A stretch of 56,564 nucleotides of DNA, the filler included, from Dugesia japonica (Eukaryota), in assembly GCA_001938525.1 (NCBI GenBank). It is 5 parts of 5 records of this genome, joined end to end, with 100 filler letters (N's around TTAATTAATTAA, not from the genome) between each part and the next. Parts side by side here need not be neighbours in the genome. Positions count along the whole stretch, not along the records: positions 1 to 11,060 come from MQRL01547408.1; positions 11,161 to 25,913 come from MQRL01639992.1; 3 more parts are not named here. One strand, given 5' to 3'. The translations under genes were made by a program, and so were the position numbers. This document shows positions 1 through 11,949 of the stretch, in pieces. Each line of letters starts with the position of its first letter. The stretch's first letter is position 1. The notes beneath the pieces were generated by a model, which saw nothing but the letters and a program-made list of their open reading frames with translations, did not search any database and was not told the DNA's origin.

Positions 1-26
1 TCGTAATTTGGCGCTTATTACTCGCT

Positions 27-176
27 GGAGACCATCCATTAAGGACGTTCCAAAAAATGAGCACTTTTTGACCCCCATCAACCTTGTCCATTTCCAGGAT
101 CCCTCTATTGTCCACAAGTGTCCCCTTTTGTGGATACCCCTCCCCTTAAGAGGGGACGTCCTTAATGGAAGGTCCC
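27..176. mobile_element. ~150-bp MITE (PIF/Harbinger-like ends)
   Basis: Imperfect ~25-bp terminal inverted repeat: GGAGACCATCCATTAAGGACGTTCC (27-51) vs GGGACGTCCTTAATGGAAGGTCCC (~153-176), followed by TTA. No coding capacity. Confidence 0.6.
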
Positions 177-399
177 TTATGAAGTTCAACACTTTTGGTC
201 TAGTCTGGGTTCACAGTTTATTTTGTTTAATGTAAATTTTAAAATGGTCTGTTAGTCACGCAAGAAATACTAAAAATGTTACAATGTCTTACAATCATAA
301 TATTCGGTCCCTGAATCATTCATAAAAGTTTTGCTGGTAATATTAAACTGAAGTGCATGCATGAAGTAATTTTATTATTGACTGCTTCACTTAGTGGTA

Positions 400-1250
400 G
401 AACCTCTTAGTTGAAATAATCCGAATTTAAAGTTTTTAAATTGATAGATAAAAAATGCTAATAATTTGCGTAGATAGCAATAAACAGAAGAAATAATGAT
501 TTGGAAATTGGAGGAAGTAGAAGATATAAAATAGAACCTATGAAAATCTGGTGGAAAGCTATTTCGTGTTTCTTCTGATAAAGCAAGCATTTTGATAATT
601 ATGCTTCTCAAACGTCAAGAAGTAGACCTTGGAATTTATTGTTTGATACATTTACAGTAATGTAAAAGAATATTCTCCTTTTTATTCCCACAATACCTTT
701 GGAGGAAGTCCTGTTTTTCTTATATGAATTTTCAGAAATTTATCAAATTCAGTCTGTTTTATTCAAAATGTTTCTTATAAATATCGAATAACTAATGAAT
801 GGTATATCTGGATTCGAATTGATTTCTGTCCTGTGCTTAAACTATAAGTAATCTTAACACCCGGATCTATTGCTATTTTTAATTGATTTCGTCTAGTTCT
901 ATGTACTGATGATACTACACTGTTGTAGAACAGACAATTCTTCGGATGTTTGTTTCGGGTCTCTTCAGACTAATTGTCATTAGGAAATCTGTCAAACCAT
1001 TTTTGGAAATTGAGAACTTCACCATAAACATCGATGATATTTTTGGTGCCAACAGTGGTATTTGATTTGCATTTAACTCATACAACATTCAATAGGGAAT
1101 ATGATTTATATTTAGAAAATTTTCACTCAACTGTAAAGAAAATTATATGGTTGCCCAAAAAGATTGTCGTTTTTGAGTTTTATTATATTCATAGCAATAA
1201 TAAAAGAATATTTTAAACCATCAGTATTTACATGTAATAGAAAACTGAAT
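400..1250 (+). pseudogene. Highly decayed non-LTR (CR1/L2-like) reverse transcriptase remnant
   Basis: Scattered motif relics in expected order: AISCFF..KAF-like (~558-600), NGISGFEL (~798), PDLLLF (GPLLF-like, ~860) and LCTDDTTLL (YADDT-like, ~899-925). Many stops and frameshifts. Confidence 0.4.
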
Positions 1251-1379
1251 TCACTAATAAGTAGTATAGTTCCCATTACACTCGATAACATCATTAACAT
1301 GTTTCATCAACATCTCGTATTTATCTCGCATCGTATCGAAAGACAAATTAATAAAAAATTACATTATATTTGCTCAAGC

Positions 1380-2120
1380 TGCACAGAATTTTGTAATTAT
1401 ATATTCCTGCGATATATTTTACAATTTCTAAATATAAAATGATTTTGTAAATAGATATCTGATGAGTAGGTTAGACGTCTTAATAATTTAATCCCGCAAT
1501 ATTTGATATAGAAAGACGTTTGTTAAGATCTGAGGCGGCGTATTATTATGCATCCAACCAATTTTTCTGAAGTGCTCCAATTTATAATAGTCCAAAGACA
1601 TTTTCCATGAATTCTAAGTATCGTTTCGAGTTGATGCATCCACCATCTTTCAGTAACTCAAAATTTATTGCACCATTAAAATTATTCACTTCATACATCT
1701 GAATCTTTTGGTGGTATTGCCCATTTGTGGTACTATTCTTTGATATTGCTCACTTGTTCCATTTACAGACACCCACTTCCTTACATTATCAACATATGCA
1801 GAATGCTTAAGGTACAGCTGTTTTTCATTAGTGAAATACAAATTATTGTAAGCATTACGCTAGGCAAGCACATTACCCATTACCTTGCAAATTTCCTTGC
1901 ATTTCTTCTTGTGCACATTTGTTAACAGTTATCTTCCAGTTATTGATTTTAAGCCTAATGCGTTATGCCGAATTCTTTGTACTGAAGTTCTGTTTAGATT
2001 TGCTAATCTGTTAAACGTCAACAACGATACAGCCGTACATTTTTCATCATTATCTCACACCAATACAATAATCTCAAGAATTAGGATAATGGATGATATC
2101 CCAGAACATGCATTCCTGTT
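1380..2120 (-). mobile_element. Decayed Tc1/mariner transposase
   Basis: Minus-strand translation gives HTH-like TSVQRIRHNALGLKS, then NLYFTNEKQLYL (FTDEK), NFELLKDGGCINSKRYLEF, WMHNNTPP (LHDNAPPH) and YSSDI (PYSPDL). Confidence 0.65.
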
Positions 2121-2412
2121 AAAACTTGTTCTAATAACAAGGGACTCACTTTAATCATATCATTTTTTTCCGATGCATTTACTAATTACCACGAAATTTC
2201 AGTAGTGAAAAACCCATTGCGTTTCATTGTTGCAGTTTATATATTCTCAGTGCTAAGAGATCTAATAAATATTTTTTTACAATTAAGTGCGCATTCCAAA
2301 CACGCAATGTAAATTTTATAAATCCACGCAAAAATGTGACGAGTGTATACATAGTTCGTTATATCTGAAAGCTATACTTGAAATCTACCACGAAGTTTTG
2401 TAAAACGCAATA

Positions 2413-3198
2413 TATTGACTTGGTGCAAAAATAAAGTAGTTTTCTAATTAAAAAAAACGTAACTCGGCTCTGAATAAATTTTATTAATCAAAATCAATTC
2501 AACAGACTTCATACATTTAATACAAGTTTATTGATAACTATTGGGTAAACGTCTACGTTTCTGAAATTATCATAGATCGTTTCAGCATCAGCTCGATTTT
2601 TAAAGCACCATTCATGCAAGAAGTCGCCAAGGTGCTTAAACGAATGAAAGTTTGTTGGGCAGAGATCTGATGAGTATAAAAGATAAAGCTAAATTTCCTA
2701 GTTCAACTCGTTTAATTTCTGTAGAGTTCTTTATGCAAACAGTCAATACTGAGTTCCTCTGCAGCTTCTCCAGTAATTTTGGATGAATAAGCTTTGATTA
2801 TCTTCTTTAATTGGTTATTGTCAAAAATGATGTATGGCCACGACCCTTCTAATCTTTAAGGGTTTCATCTACTTGGCGGGACCATTGCACCATTCGTCGA
2901 CTAACAGTTACAGGACCATATGCAAGATTAATTTTTAAAGGCTTTTGCAAATGGCTTTTGTAACTAATTTAAACTCAAGCAAAATAATAGTTCGAATTTC
3001 CTTCTTTTCCGTGTTCTGTTAAAAACCTTACAAAAAGAATGATTAATATTTATTAAAAATTGATTACATTACGAAATAGCTAAATAATTGTAAGCTTTCA
3101 AATAGTATCAAAACATTATGAATATTTGAACAAATTGTGCGTCAAAATAAAAGAATTAAATGAAACCATTAAAAAAACATTTTTGCACCAGCCTAATA
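2413..3198 (-). mobile_element. Internally deleted mariner element with both TIRs
   Basis: TIRs TATTGACTTGGTGCAAAA and TTTTGCACCAGCCTAATA. C-terminal transposase relic LYSSDLCPTNFHSFKHLGDFLHEWCFKNRADAE. Confidence 0.8.
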
Positions 3199-4174
3199 TT
3201 TTGTTAATTGAAGCTTTAGACAACCCATTTTGAATATCATTAATAATGTTTTTTTTTTTTTCATTATATTGATTATTAATGCGCTACATTTGTAAGTAAT
3301 ATCTTATGTAGAAACTAACAATCTGGTTCGTTGGACCCAAAAAATGAGGAGTTCATACATTCTGTGAGAGATGGAAAGTCCCCAGAATGACTCTGAAGAT
3401 GAACATAAGGAAGTCGTAAATGCTCGTTGCCAAGCTATGTATGAATGATAGACAAACACTAATGGAAAACTATTTTAAAAATTAATTGTTTTAATAATAA
3501 ATTTAAAATTAATTCTATTATCATTCTTTTAATTTGTTTTGTTTTAAATGAGTTGATTGACTTAAACGTAATTTGCAGGCTCTTAATTGAGACATAGAAA
3601 CATGTGCCCTGGATATTTCATCGGCTATTTACAAAGACTTTTTTGTTAGCACTGATCATCTATTTGGGTTTATTATTATGAGGATGATTTTAGATCGAAA
3701 AATTTTAATGTCGTAGTTATTTATTTAACCACATAATAGAACCATAATATTATTTAAATTTATAGCAAATAAGTTTAAAAACGTATGGAACGGTAACCTT
3801 TATTTAAGCTTCAATCAAAGAATGTTTTGTTTTCAAAGTATATTTAAGTTCTATATAATAAATTATTAAGTTGACCAATATGGAAAATTTAAATATCATT
3901 AAAATTCATTTTAACATTTTGNNNNNNNNNNNNNNNNNNNNNGGTTTTCAGAAAAACTTGAAAATATTTATTCATTTATTAAAAGAATAAGCAAATAATT
4001 TAGATGACATAAAACTGAATTTGTACAAATCAAATTAACGGGCTTTAGATGAAGCTCACTAGTATCTCCAATTCTGCCTTTTTTGATAAATAAATAACAG
4101 TTTTTAATAATATCTTTTACGTATTAGAAAGAAGGAATGAATTAACAACACGACACATAAAAGTTTATTTATAA

Positions 4175-4462
4175 CCATAAAAATGTTTGGGTCATTTTAT
4201 CAATAAGACGCATGTCAAGAGGCACTCATGCCCTAAACTTCAAAATACCATTCACGAGTCGATTTTCTCTCTCCTGTAAAGAACGAATGACTTCTGCGAA
4301 AGTCTCTAACTGCGCTTTCCATAATCGCTGCTAGGAATGTCAGAGCTCAGCTTCTCTTCGCAACTCGTGGCACCGTTTCTTATACATTTTATTTTTGGCC
4401 TTCTCGGCGGCAATTTGAGCTTACGAATTGCTCTTAGCAAACCGATATAGTTCCCAAGACAT
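4175..4462 (-). pseudogene. Small decayed orphan ORF (coiled-coil-like), possibly a Polinton accessory gene
   Basis: GC-richer patch reading MSWELYRFAKSNS*AQIAAEKAKNKMYKKRCHELRREAEL...RSLQERENRLVNGILKF with a few stops. Lies downstream of the capsid remnant on the same strand. Confidence 0.3.
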
Positions 4463-4749
4463 TTCTTGGTCATCGCTGTCTTTGCTTTGACGATTAATGG
4501 TGGTCGATTATGTTGTTCACTGGAAATAAAGATTCGGTTAATAATTATTCAATAATATTATGTAAAAGGTTATTTAACAGAAGAAACTAACAACGATATT
4601 ATGCGACGTTTGCCTCACCAAAACCTAAGTCTATGCCTGGATCTGGTCCACCATAAATGCTAATTTTGATCAGTAACTCGAACTTTTATGGAATTGATCA
4701 TTGAATTTAACTTTTATTTTGCATTAATATTTTTCAGTGTTTCGCTTAC

Positions 4750-5415
4750 TTCCCAGATGATGAGCAGCTAGTACTGAGGGTTCAACTCGTACACGTCTAA
4801 CCATTAATCTTGCATCTAGTAATACATATTTAGGTTCATTGGCTGGAGATTTCAAACAAATCTTAGAAGATGATCGTTTCAATCGAATATGAACATTGAC
4901 TCAGGAATAAGGTATTTTGGTTGATTCATGAAATGGAATTGCAAAGAACCACAAAGAGATAATTGTTTTGATTTTGCAATAGACTTTTTTCTATCTGCTT
5001 CTGTTCCATATCCAATTGCTGCAAGACATTTATTCTTACTATCACCATTATAATTTATTACAGATTCAATAAATGGTTTGTGAATATAAGATCCATTTCC
5101 ACCTTCAATTTTTAAATTATTAAACGAAAGAGTTACATCCTTCAAAAGTGTATGCAGCATATAGTTACTAGCAGCTGAATCATTCTTATCAGTCAAATCT
5201 TTACCATCATTATCAACTACCTTCACTTTAATATACAATAAAGTATCATTCAAATCCAAATATTCTGTTTGAGATCCATTTATGAAAAACTCTACATGGC
5301 TTTGCAATTCGGAAATTGAATTCATAGGAAAGATATCTTCGAAAGTATCAATTTCAATTACAGGTTGTGGAGATGGTCGATCAAAAATATATAATTCGGT
5401 TTTATCGCAAATCAT
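4750..5415 (-). pseudogene. Polinton/adintovirus major capsid protein (double jelly-roll, hexon-like), N-terminal half
   Basis: ELYIFDRPSPQ...VEFFINGSQTEYLDLNDTLLYIKVKVV...NYMLHTLLKDVTLSFN. After a frameshift near 4900 it continues VNVHIRLKRSS...YVLLDARLMVRRVRVEPSVLAAHHLG, matching adintovirus MCP motifs. 3' truncated. Confidence 0.85.
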
Positions 5416-5812
5416 TTTTCAAATATTGTTCTTTGTCCTCTCATTCGTTTGTTTATATGCGATGAGTGTGATTTTTTGCGTTTTCTATGAGTTGGCTTAC
5501 TTTTTGGCTGATTTGATAGCATATTAGTTATTTCAAATGATATTTTACTTGTTATACTTTGCGGTAATATGTTTCCTACTTTTAGGATCATACTGGTAAC
5601 TCCACTAAGTAATGATGACACTAGATTTCCAAGTTTCGCTAATGCATTAGATTTTAATGTTGATAGTATTTTTCCATTATTAGGTAGTACATCTTGAGCT
5701 GTTTTCATACCAAATGAACCAATTAGTAGGCAAAGCAAATCTACCTATATTTTGTAGCCAACCAGATCTATACTGTTTTCCAAGAAAGTAAGGCAGTTCT
5801 CCGCCTGTCTGA
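5412..5812 (-). pseudogene. Polinton/adintovirus small basic core-like protein preceding the MCP
   Basis: QTGGELPYFLGKQYRSGWLQNIGRFALP, a frameshift, then LIGSFGMKTAQDVL and a basic tail RKRKKSHSSHINKRMRGQRTIF. Its stop overlaps the MCP ATG (ATGA, 5412-5415). Confidence 0.7.
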
Positions 5813-5815
5813 CTA

Positions 5816-7143
5816 GCTATAATGACTCCAAGACCAAAGGACAGAGAAATATGTTATAACGAACTAAAAATTTGGAATAAAAGTAGAACAAGATATGTAC
5901 AACCTGTCACAAGAATAATGTCACCGATTGACTATATTCCAAATCAAATAAACTGTTCTAATATTTTAGGACCAATGTAAATAATGCCAAATGGAAAATG
6001 GATCAGATTTCCCGAAAGATCCCATTGGGGTCCCAAACCTCAGAAGTTTTCTTTACTCAGATTAAACGGTGGAGAAAGATTTGAATCTCTAAACGTAGCA
6101 GAAAATGGAATTTACAGCTCAGACAATTTAGCTAGAGCCCATGAACATATGCTCTTCCCAGTAAAAATAAATCAAATATTATCAAACATAGTACAGATAG
6201 CTAGCGGAACGTTATCTAATGGAAGACCTAATTGCGCTCTATTATTATCACCAGATCACTTTCAACAAGCAACTCACAAGGTCATGAAAAAGATGTGGGG
6301 AAAATTCATCATATTTGACCAAGCAATGGCAGAATTATTAGGAATTATTTTAATTATATCCATCGTGAGTGTAGTTATCACTCAAATTTTCGCGATTTTT
6401 GATATATACCGAAGAGAAAAACGAATAAATTGGAAATTAATGACAGGAATATTTCCATTCTGGGGAAAGATGATTGTACTAAATAGCCACACAAAAGATA
6501 TCCATCAAAAAAAGAAATTCCTCAAGAAAATAAGCAAAATACACGGGTCAGATCAAGAAATTGGAGCACAAATCAGACAACTATGCATCGAAAGAGACTC
6601 TAGAGGACAAAATAAAAAGTCATACTTAAAAGCACTACAAGATCAGTTACAAAATAAATGGAACGACAGTGCCAGTAGTGATAGCAATGAATCAGTAGGA
6701 AACACCCAATCAACAAGTTATTACAGAGAAGAAGTTGTACAAAAAGACAGAAAACATGAGACAAAAGCCAAAAGGAAATCAAAAATTAGCAAAGTTAAAA
6801 AATCAATCAAAGATATGTATCAAAGAAATGCACAAACCTATAATCTAGGAAATCCACAAGTACTCAATACAGGGGTAATAGGTAATGACGGATGATATTA
6901 TCCAATGGAAGATCCAACACAATTAAGACGAGTACCTAGACCATACGATTTTTCAAATCCACCACCAAACCCAAGTTGAACTATGCCAATGAATGCAGTA
7001 TTACCAGATCAAATAATATGGCAACCAATTAATTCACCAATGCCACATCAAATGGAACCAATAGTGCAGCTAAACATTATGAGGTCAAGAAGCTCCATGA
7101 TATTACAAGACAATACGCAACCACCGGTACGAAACCGACAATC
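5816..7143 (+). pseudogene. env: Chuvirus/herpes gB-like (class III) envelope glycoprotein C-terminal part plus in-frame K/S- and P/Q-rich extension
   Basis: One frame: EICYNELKIW..YVQPVTRIM..INCSNILGPM*..KWIRF..ENGIYSSDNLARAHEHMLFPVKINQILSNIVQIASG..MWGKFIIF, then a TM helix (LLGIILIISIVSVVITQIFAIF). ORFs 5984 and 6983 are in the same frame, broken only by point stops. Confidence 0.72.
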
Positions 7144-7257
7144 NNNNNNNNNNNNNNNNNNNNNNNNNNNNNNNNNNNNNNNNNNNNNNNNNNNNNNNNN
7201 NNNNNNNNNNNNNNNNNNNNNNNNNNNNNNNNNNNNNNNNNNNNNNNNNNNNNNNNG

Positions 7258-7500
7258 ATCGACACAGGAGCAAGTATATCGATGATACATCCAGATGCAC
7301 TTCCACCACAAGCACACAGACCAATGAAAGCGACGAAATTAAGGGTTAATAGTCTGGAGGGACAAGTCATCTACCCGCTCGGACAGATAAACTGCTCAAT
7401 TCAACGAGAAAACGCACCAAAAATTCGACACAAATTAGCGGTAATGGATAAATTAGCTTACAGTTGTATATTGGGATTGGATTTACTGCCAAAATTCTAG
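7258..7500 (+). CDS. Retropepsin aspartic protease domain #1
   Basis: IDTGASISMI catalytic motif immediately after the N gap, and a terminal CILGLDLL motif. Confidence 0.85.
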   Translation: MDTGASISMIHPDALPPQAHRPMKATKLRVNSLEGQVIYPLGQINCSIQRENAPKIRHKLAVMDKLAYSCILGLDLLPKF

Positions 7501-7592
7501 ATAATGACATAATTAACTTAAATCAACTAGGAATATTCAAGGAATCGAACGAAAATAATAAATCCCCAAAAGTTACTCAATAAGTTACACTT

Positions 7593-7700
7593 TGTGCAAT
7601 ATGCGGAGAAAAAGGACATAAAGCCTCACAATGTAAATTATCAAAACCTAAATGCCATTACTGCGGAAAATTCGGTCACATAGAAAAATTTGCATAACAA
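7593..7700 (+). pseudogene. Two CCHC zinc knuckles (nucleocapsid)
   Basis: CAICGEKGHKASQC and CHYCGKFGHIEK-(frameshift)-C. Confidence 0.85.
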
Positions 7701-7902
7701 AATCATCACGACGTTACAAGTGTGAAATAAGGGGTCATAAGGAAAATGAATGTTTCAGAAATACAGTTCCAAGTCAACTTTAGCCGGGAGAACAGGCTAA
7801 TAGAGGTAATTTCAATAATAAACGAATCAACCGAAACCATAACAAAAGGATTCGAGGGAGAAAAACACCAACGGCGGTCAAAATCATGATGGCTTAAAAG
7901 AA

Positions 7903-10900
7903 ATGCCACCACCAATGTCAAATTTAGCCGGAAAAAGGAGAATTTCATACATCAACAGAATACACGGAGATCCATTGGATAATCACGAGGATATCTACCA
8001 AATTCATTTAGAAGAATACGAAAATTCAAACGAAATACAAGCAAGCAATGAGATCAAAGAGAAAGTTTGTTACGCACTTAGTCCAGGCCGACCACGATTC
8101 GGCATTGATATAAAATTGAATGGAGAAAAAGTTAACGCACTTCTAGATACAGGATCAACACTGTCCATAATAAATAATAGCAGCTTATCCAATGAACAGC
8201 GAAAAGGGATACTTATCAGGGATCAAACAACTAAAACAATAGATGAAGTATCAGTCTATTTAATCGGAAAATTACCCTGTGAAGTATCTTATAAAGGAAA
8301 AATAGTACTACACCATATGACAGTAATGGATATAACAGAACACATATACTACCTCAACTATTAACAAACGGAATAATCGATTTATCAACGTTACATGTCA
8401 AAGGTAAAAAGAGAGGCCGGTACTCAAAAAACTATGAGGCTAGTAACTCCGAAAAAATGATTATACCAAGAAAAAGTCAAGTGTGCTATCTCGCAGACAC
8501 AAAGATTTCAGAAAGAGGAACAATTTTATTTGAACCATATGATGGGTTCTCACAGAAATATAAATTACCAGCAGCAGGAGAACTCGTAACAGTAAATGAT
8601 GACTGGAAAGTGCCGGTCAATGTAGTAAATTTCTCAAATAAAGATATCATAATTCATCCAAATTCAAGATTAGGAACATTGACACCCGTATTAAATTTTG
8701 CCCATCAAGAAGAAGGAAAAACTACAGAAGACGACTCGGAATCAAAGGGCATGGTAGAATTCCCTCCCATGGAAGAGGATTGTAAAAGTTATGTACCAGA
8801 AAGTTAACCAACAGAGGTAGACAGATCATTCCAAGTCAATTCCGAAACCATATTAGCGGAACAAAAGAAACAGCTACTAAATCTCTTGGAAGAGTATAGA
8901 GATATATTTGCGTGGACGGACGATGAATTATTAGAATGTGGCGTCACAATGCATACGATTCCGTTAATCNNNNNNNNNNNNNNNNNNNNNNNNNNNNNNN
9001 NNNNNNNNNNNNNNNNNNNGACCCAGTAAAATTAAAACCATGCAGAATTGCACAATCTCAGAAAGAAATTTGTGATGCAGAAATTAAGAAAATATTAGAC
9101 GCAAAATTAATTGAACCTAGCTAATCACCTTGGCAATTTCCAGTAGTATTAGTTAAAAAGAAAGATGAGTCAACACGTTTCTGTATCGATTACAGACAAT
9201 TAAATGCCAAAACAAAAAAAGACACCTATCCTTTGCCGGAAATAAACGAATTATTACAGTTGTTGTACAGAGCGATATTATATTCAACACTTAATCTAAT
9301 AAGCGGATATTGGCAATTAAAAATCAAACCAGAAGATAAGGAAAAGACAGCATTTACAGCAGGACGCGATTTTTATCAATTTATTCGAATGCCATTTGGT
9401 CTAACTGACGCACCAGCATCATTTCAGAGATGCATGAATTTTGTCACACATGGCATAGCACATTGTATGATATATATAGACGATCTATTAATATTCTCAA
9501 CATCATTTGAAGAACACATAAAGGATCTTCGAACATTCTTCATTAGACTTCGACACTGAAATTTAAAAGTCAAACCTACTAACTGCGATTGGGCCAAGAA
9601 CAAAGTCACGTTCTCAGGACATCAAATATCAGAGAAGAGTAGAGAACCAGACCAGAGGAATACAGAAAAAATAAAAGAATTTCCAGTGCCTAAATGTGTC
9701 AAAGCAATACAAAAATTTCTTGGATTATGCTGATATTACAGGAAACTTATTAAAGGTTATGCAACGATTGCAAAATCCATGCAAAATCTTGTAAAGCAAG
9801 ATACAGCCCTTATATGGGCAGATGAACAACCAAATTCATTCGAATCTCTCAGACATAAAAAAAACCACCAATGTTAGCTCAACCAAATTTTGAAAAACCA
9901 TTCTTACTTGCAACTGATGCAAGCAAATACGCAGCAGGAGCTGTATTAGGCCAGTATGATGATCAAGGGCGAGAACACGTTATAGCGTATTTCAGCAAAA
10001 CATTCCAAGGAGCTGAAAAAATTTACAGTACAACAGAAGGAGAAAAAAAGCAATTAAACATTTTAGATATCTTCTTCTCGGGCATGAAGTCATTATATTC
10101 TCAGATCATCAACCACTAACTATGATTGGCTAGAAATCATTACGAACTCTCAGAATTGCAAAATGGCCAATAAGTTTACAAAAATACATGCCAAAAATAA
10201 AATTCAGGAGCGGCAAAGCAACTTCTAATGCAGATTGTTTATCACGAGCCATATTTCCAGAACTTGTAAACGAACAAACGGAAGCTATCTGTTTCTTATT
10301 ATCAGAAGACATAGATTTTAAACAATTCAAGGAGGATCAGAGGGAAGACTTAGAAGCAAAAATTATTCAGAAATATCTAATGGCAAAGCAAAACGATGCA
10401 CTAAACTACGACCCAGAAATGAGAGAACACTTACTGAAAAGTGGATGTCGTTATACAAAGAAAAAGGATAGTTAATGGCACAGAATGGAGATAAAAAGCA
10501 ATATTTGTACCAAAATCGCACAGAGAACGAATTCTATAGCAATACCACAATGGAGTCCTCGAAGTACATATATCAGCAAGAAAAACAGAAGCCAAATTAA
10601 GACACAAATACTATTGGCCAAGAATCGCTCAAGATGTAAAGGATTGGATAGCACATTGTCAGATATGCGCTTCCAGAAGAGGAACAGGAGGTTCAGAAAA
10701 GGCATCATTAAAACCAATGCCAATACCAACCAAACCAATGTTAGATCATGGCGATGGACGTAGTCGGACCATTACCCGAAACTGTAGATGGAAACTCATA
10801 CATTCTGGTATGTATGGATTATCTGTCTAAATATCCTGAAGCATTCCCGATGAAAAATCAAAACGACACAACGATAGAAGAACTATTTGTAAAGGAAATT

Positions 10901-11060
10901 TTCAGCAAATATGGTACACCAAAGAAAACCCTAACTGATCAAGGCAGAAATTTTATGAGTGACATTTTTACAGAAGTCACTAGATGCTTCTAAATATTGA
11001 AATTAAGAACATCACCGTACCATCCACAGACAGACGTGCTAGCAGAAAGGTTTAACAGAA
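7903..11060 (+). mobile_element. pol: Ty3/gypsy pol (decayed): protease #2, dUTPase-like segment, RT, RNase H, integrase
   Basis: LNGEKVNALLDTGST (~8116-8160); VPVNVVNFSNKDIIIHPNSRLG; SPWQFPVVLVKKKD..FCIDYRQLN; RMPFGL..YIDDLLI; LATDASKYAAGAVLGQ; NADCLSR; YYWP..CQIC; MDVVGPLP..TDQGRNF..SPYHPQTD..ERFNR. PR-RT-RH-IN order is gypsy. Truncated at the scaffold end. Confidence 0.93.
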
Positions 11061-11160
11061 NNNNNNNNNNNNNNNNNNNNNNNNNNNNNNNNNNNNNNNN
11101 NNNNTTAATTAATTAANNNNNNNNNNNNNNNNNNNNNNNNNNNNNNNNNNNNNNNNNNNN
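11061..11160. other. Artificial scaffold-joining spacer
   Basis: 44N + TTAATTAATTAA (stops in all six frames) + 44N = 100 bp. Confidence 0.95.
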
Positions 11161-11949
11161 CGTATGAACAACCAATTTAAGAAGTAGATCAACTCAACAT
11201 TCGATATCCAGAATCAATATTCGATGTTCAGACATTCTAATGGTTTGATTCCGTGCCATCTGAACATTTGAACATTTTGAAATATTTATCTTTTGAGCAT
11301 GATATTATATATATTTCATTTTATTTATTCTATTTTGACAATATTTATTTTTTTCAATCATGCTGATTTTATAAATTTTGTATATATATATTTTGAACAT
11401 TTTTGAGTTTTATTCTTATTATTTTATTGATTGATTAAACTGTTTTGAGTTATATATTACAGATGTTTAATAATGTATCAACATACTACCATCTAAATTC
11501 AAAAATCCTCAAATAATCATTTCAAATTTCAAGTATAATTTTAAATTACGATCTATAAAATGCTTTATTGATTAGAAATACCCAACAAATTTGGAATCAA
11601 AAGAAGTGAAAATTATTAAAATCAAGCTGGTATTCAACCTTTGTTAAAATCTTCCGTGTTTTAGTCAGTTTATATCAGATATTGTAGAAATTCTACTAAA
11701 ATCTTTTATCAAAGTTGATTAATTTAATTATCTTAAGTTTGGTACTGCAATCTCTTATCAAAGTTCTGATAATATGAAATCATTTCCTTAACGATACGAG
11801 TTGAAAGAAACTCAAGAAAAGGTATTCGGATGAAAGAAACCGAATAAGTATTTTTAAGCATTCAAGTTAAAAGAAACTGAAAGATTAGTCATTGGAAGAG
11901 AAATAATATATAAATTGCGAAATAGAAATATCCATAAAAGGGGAGAAAA

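Noticed and set aside
5412-6895. Glycoprotein as a native Maverick fusogen gene
   Set aside because: Both genes are 5'-truncated at the junction with no promoter space, and the glycoprotein frame runs on toward retroelement domains. Kept only as a minor alternative.
11105-11116. Recurrent TTAATTAATTAA palindrome as a biological motif
   Set aside because: Always centred in exactly 44N+44N, so it is a synthetic six-frame-stop linker.
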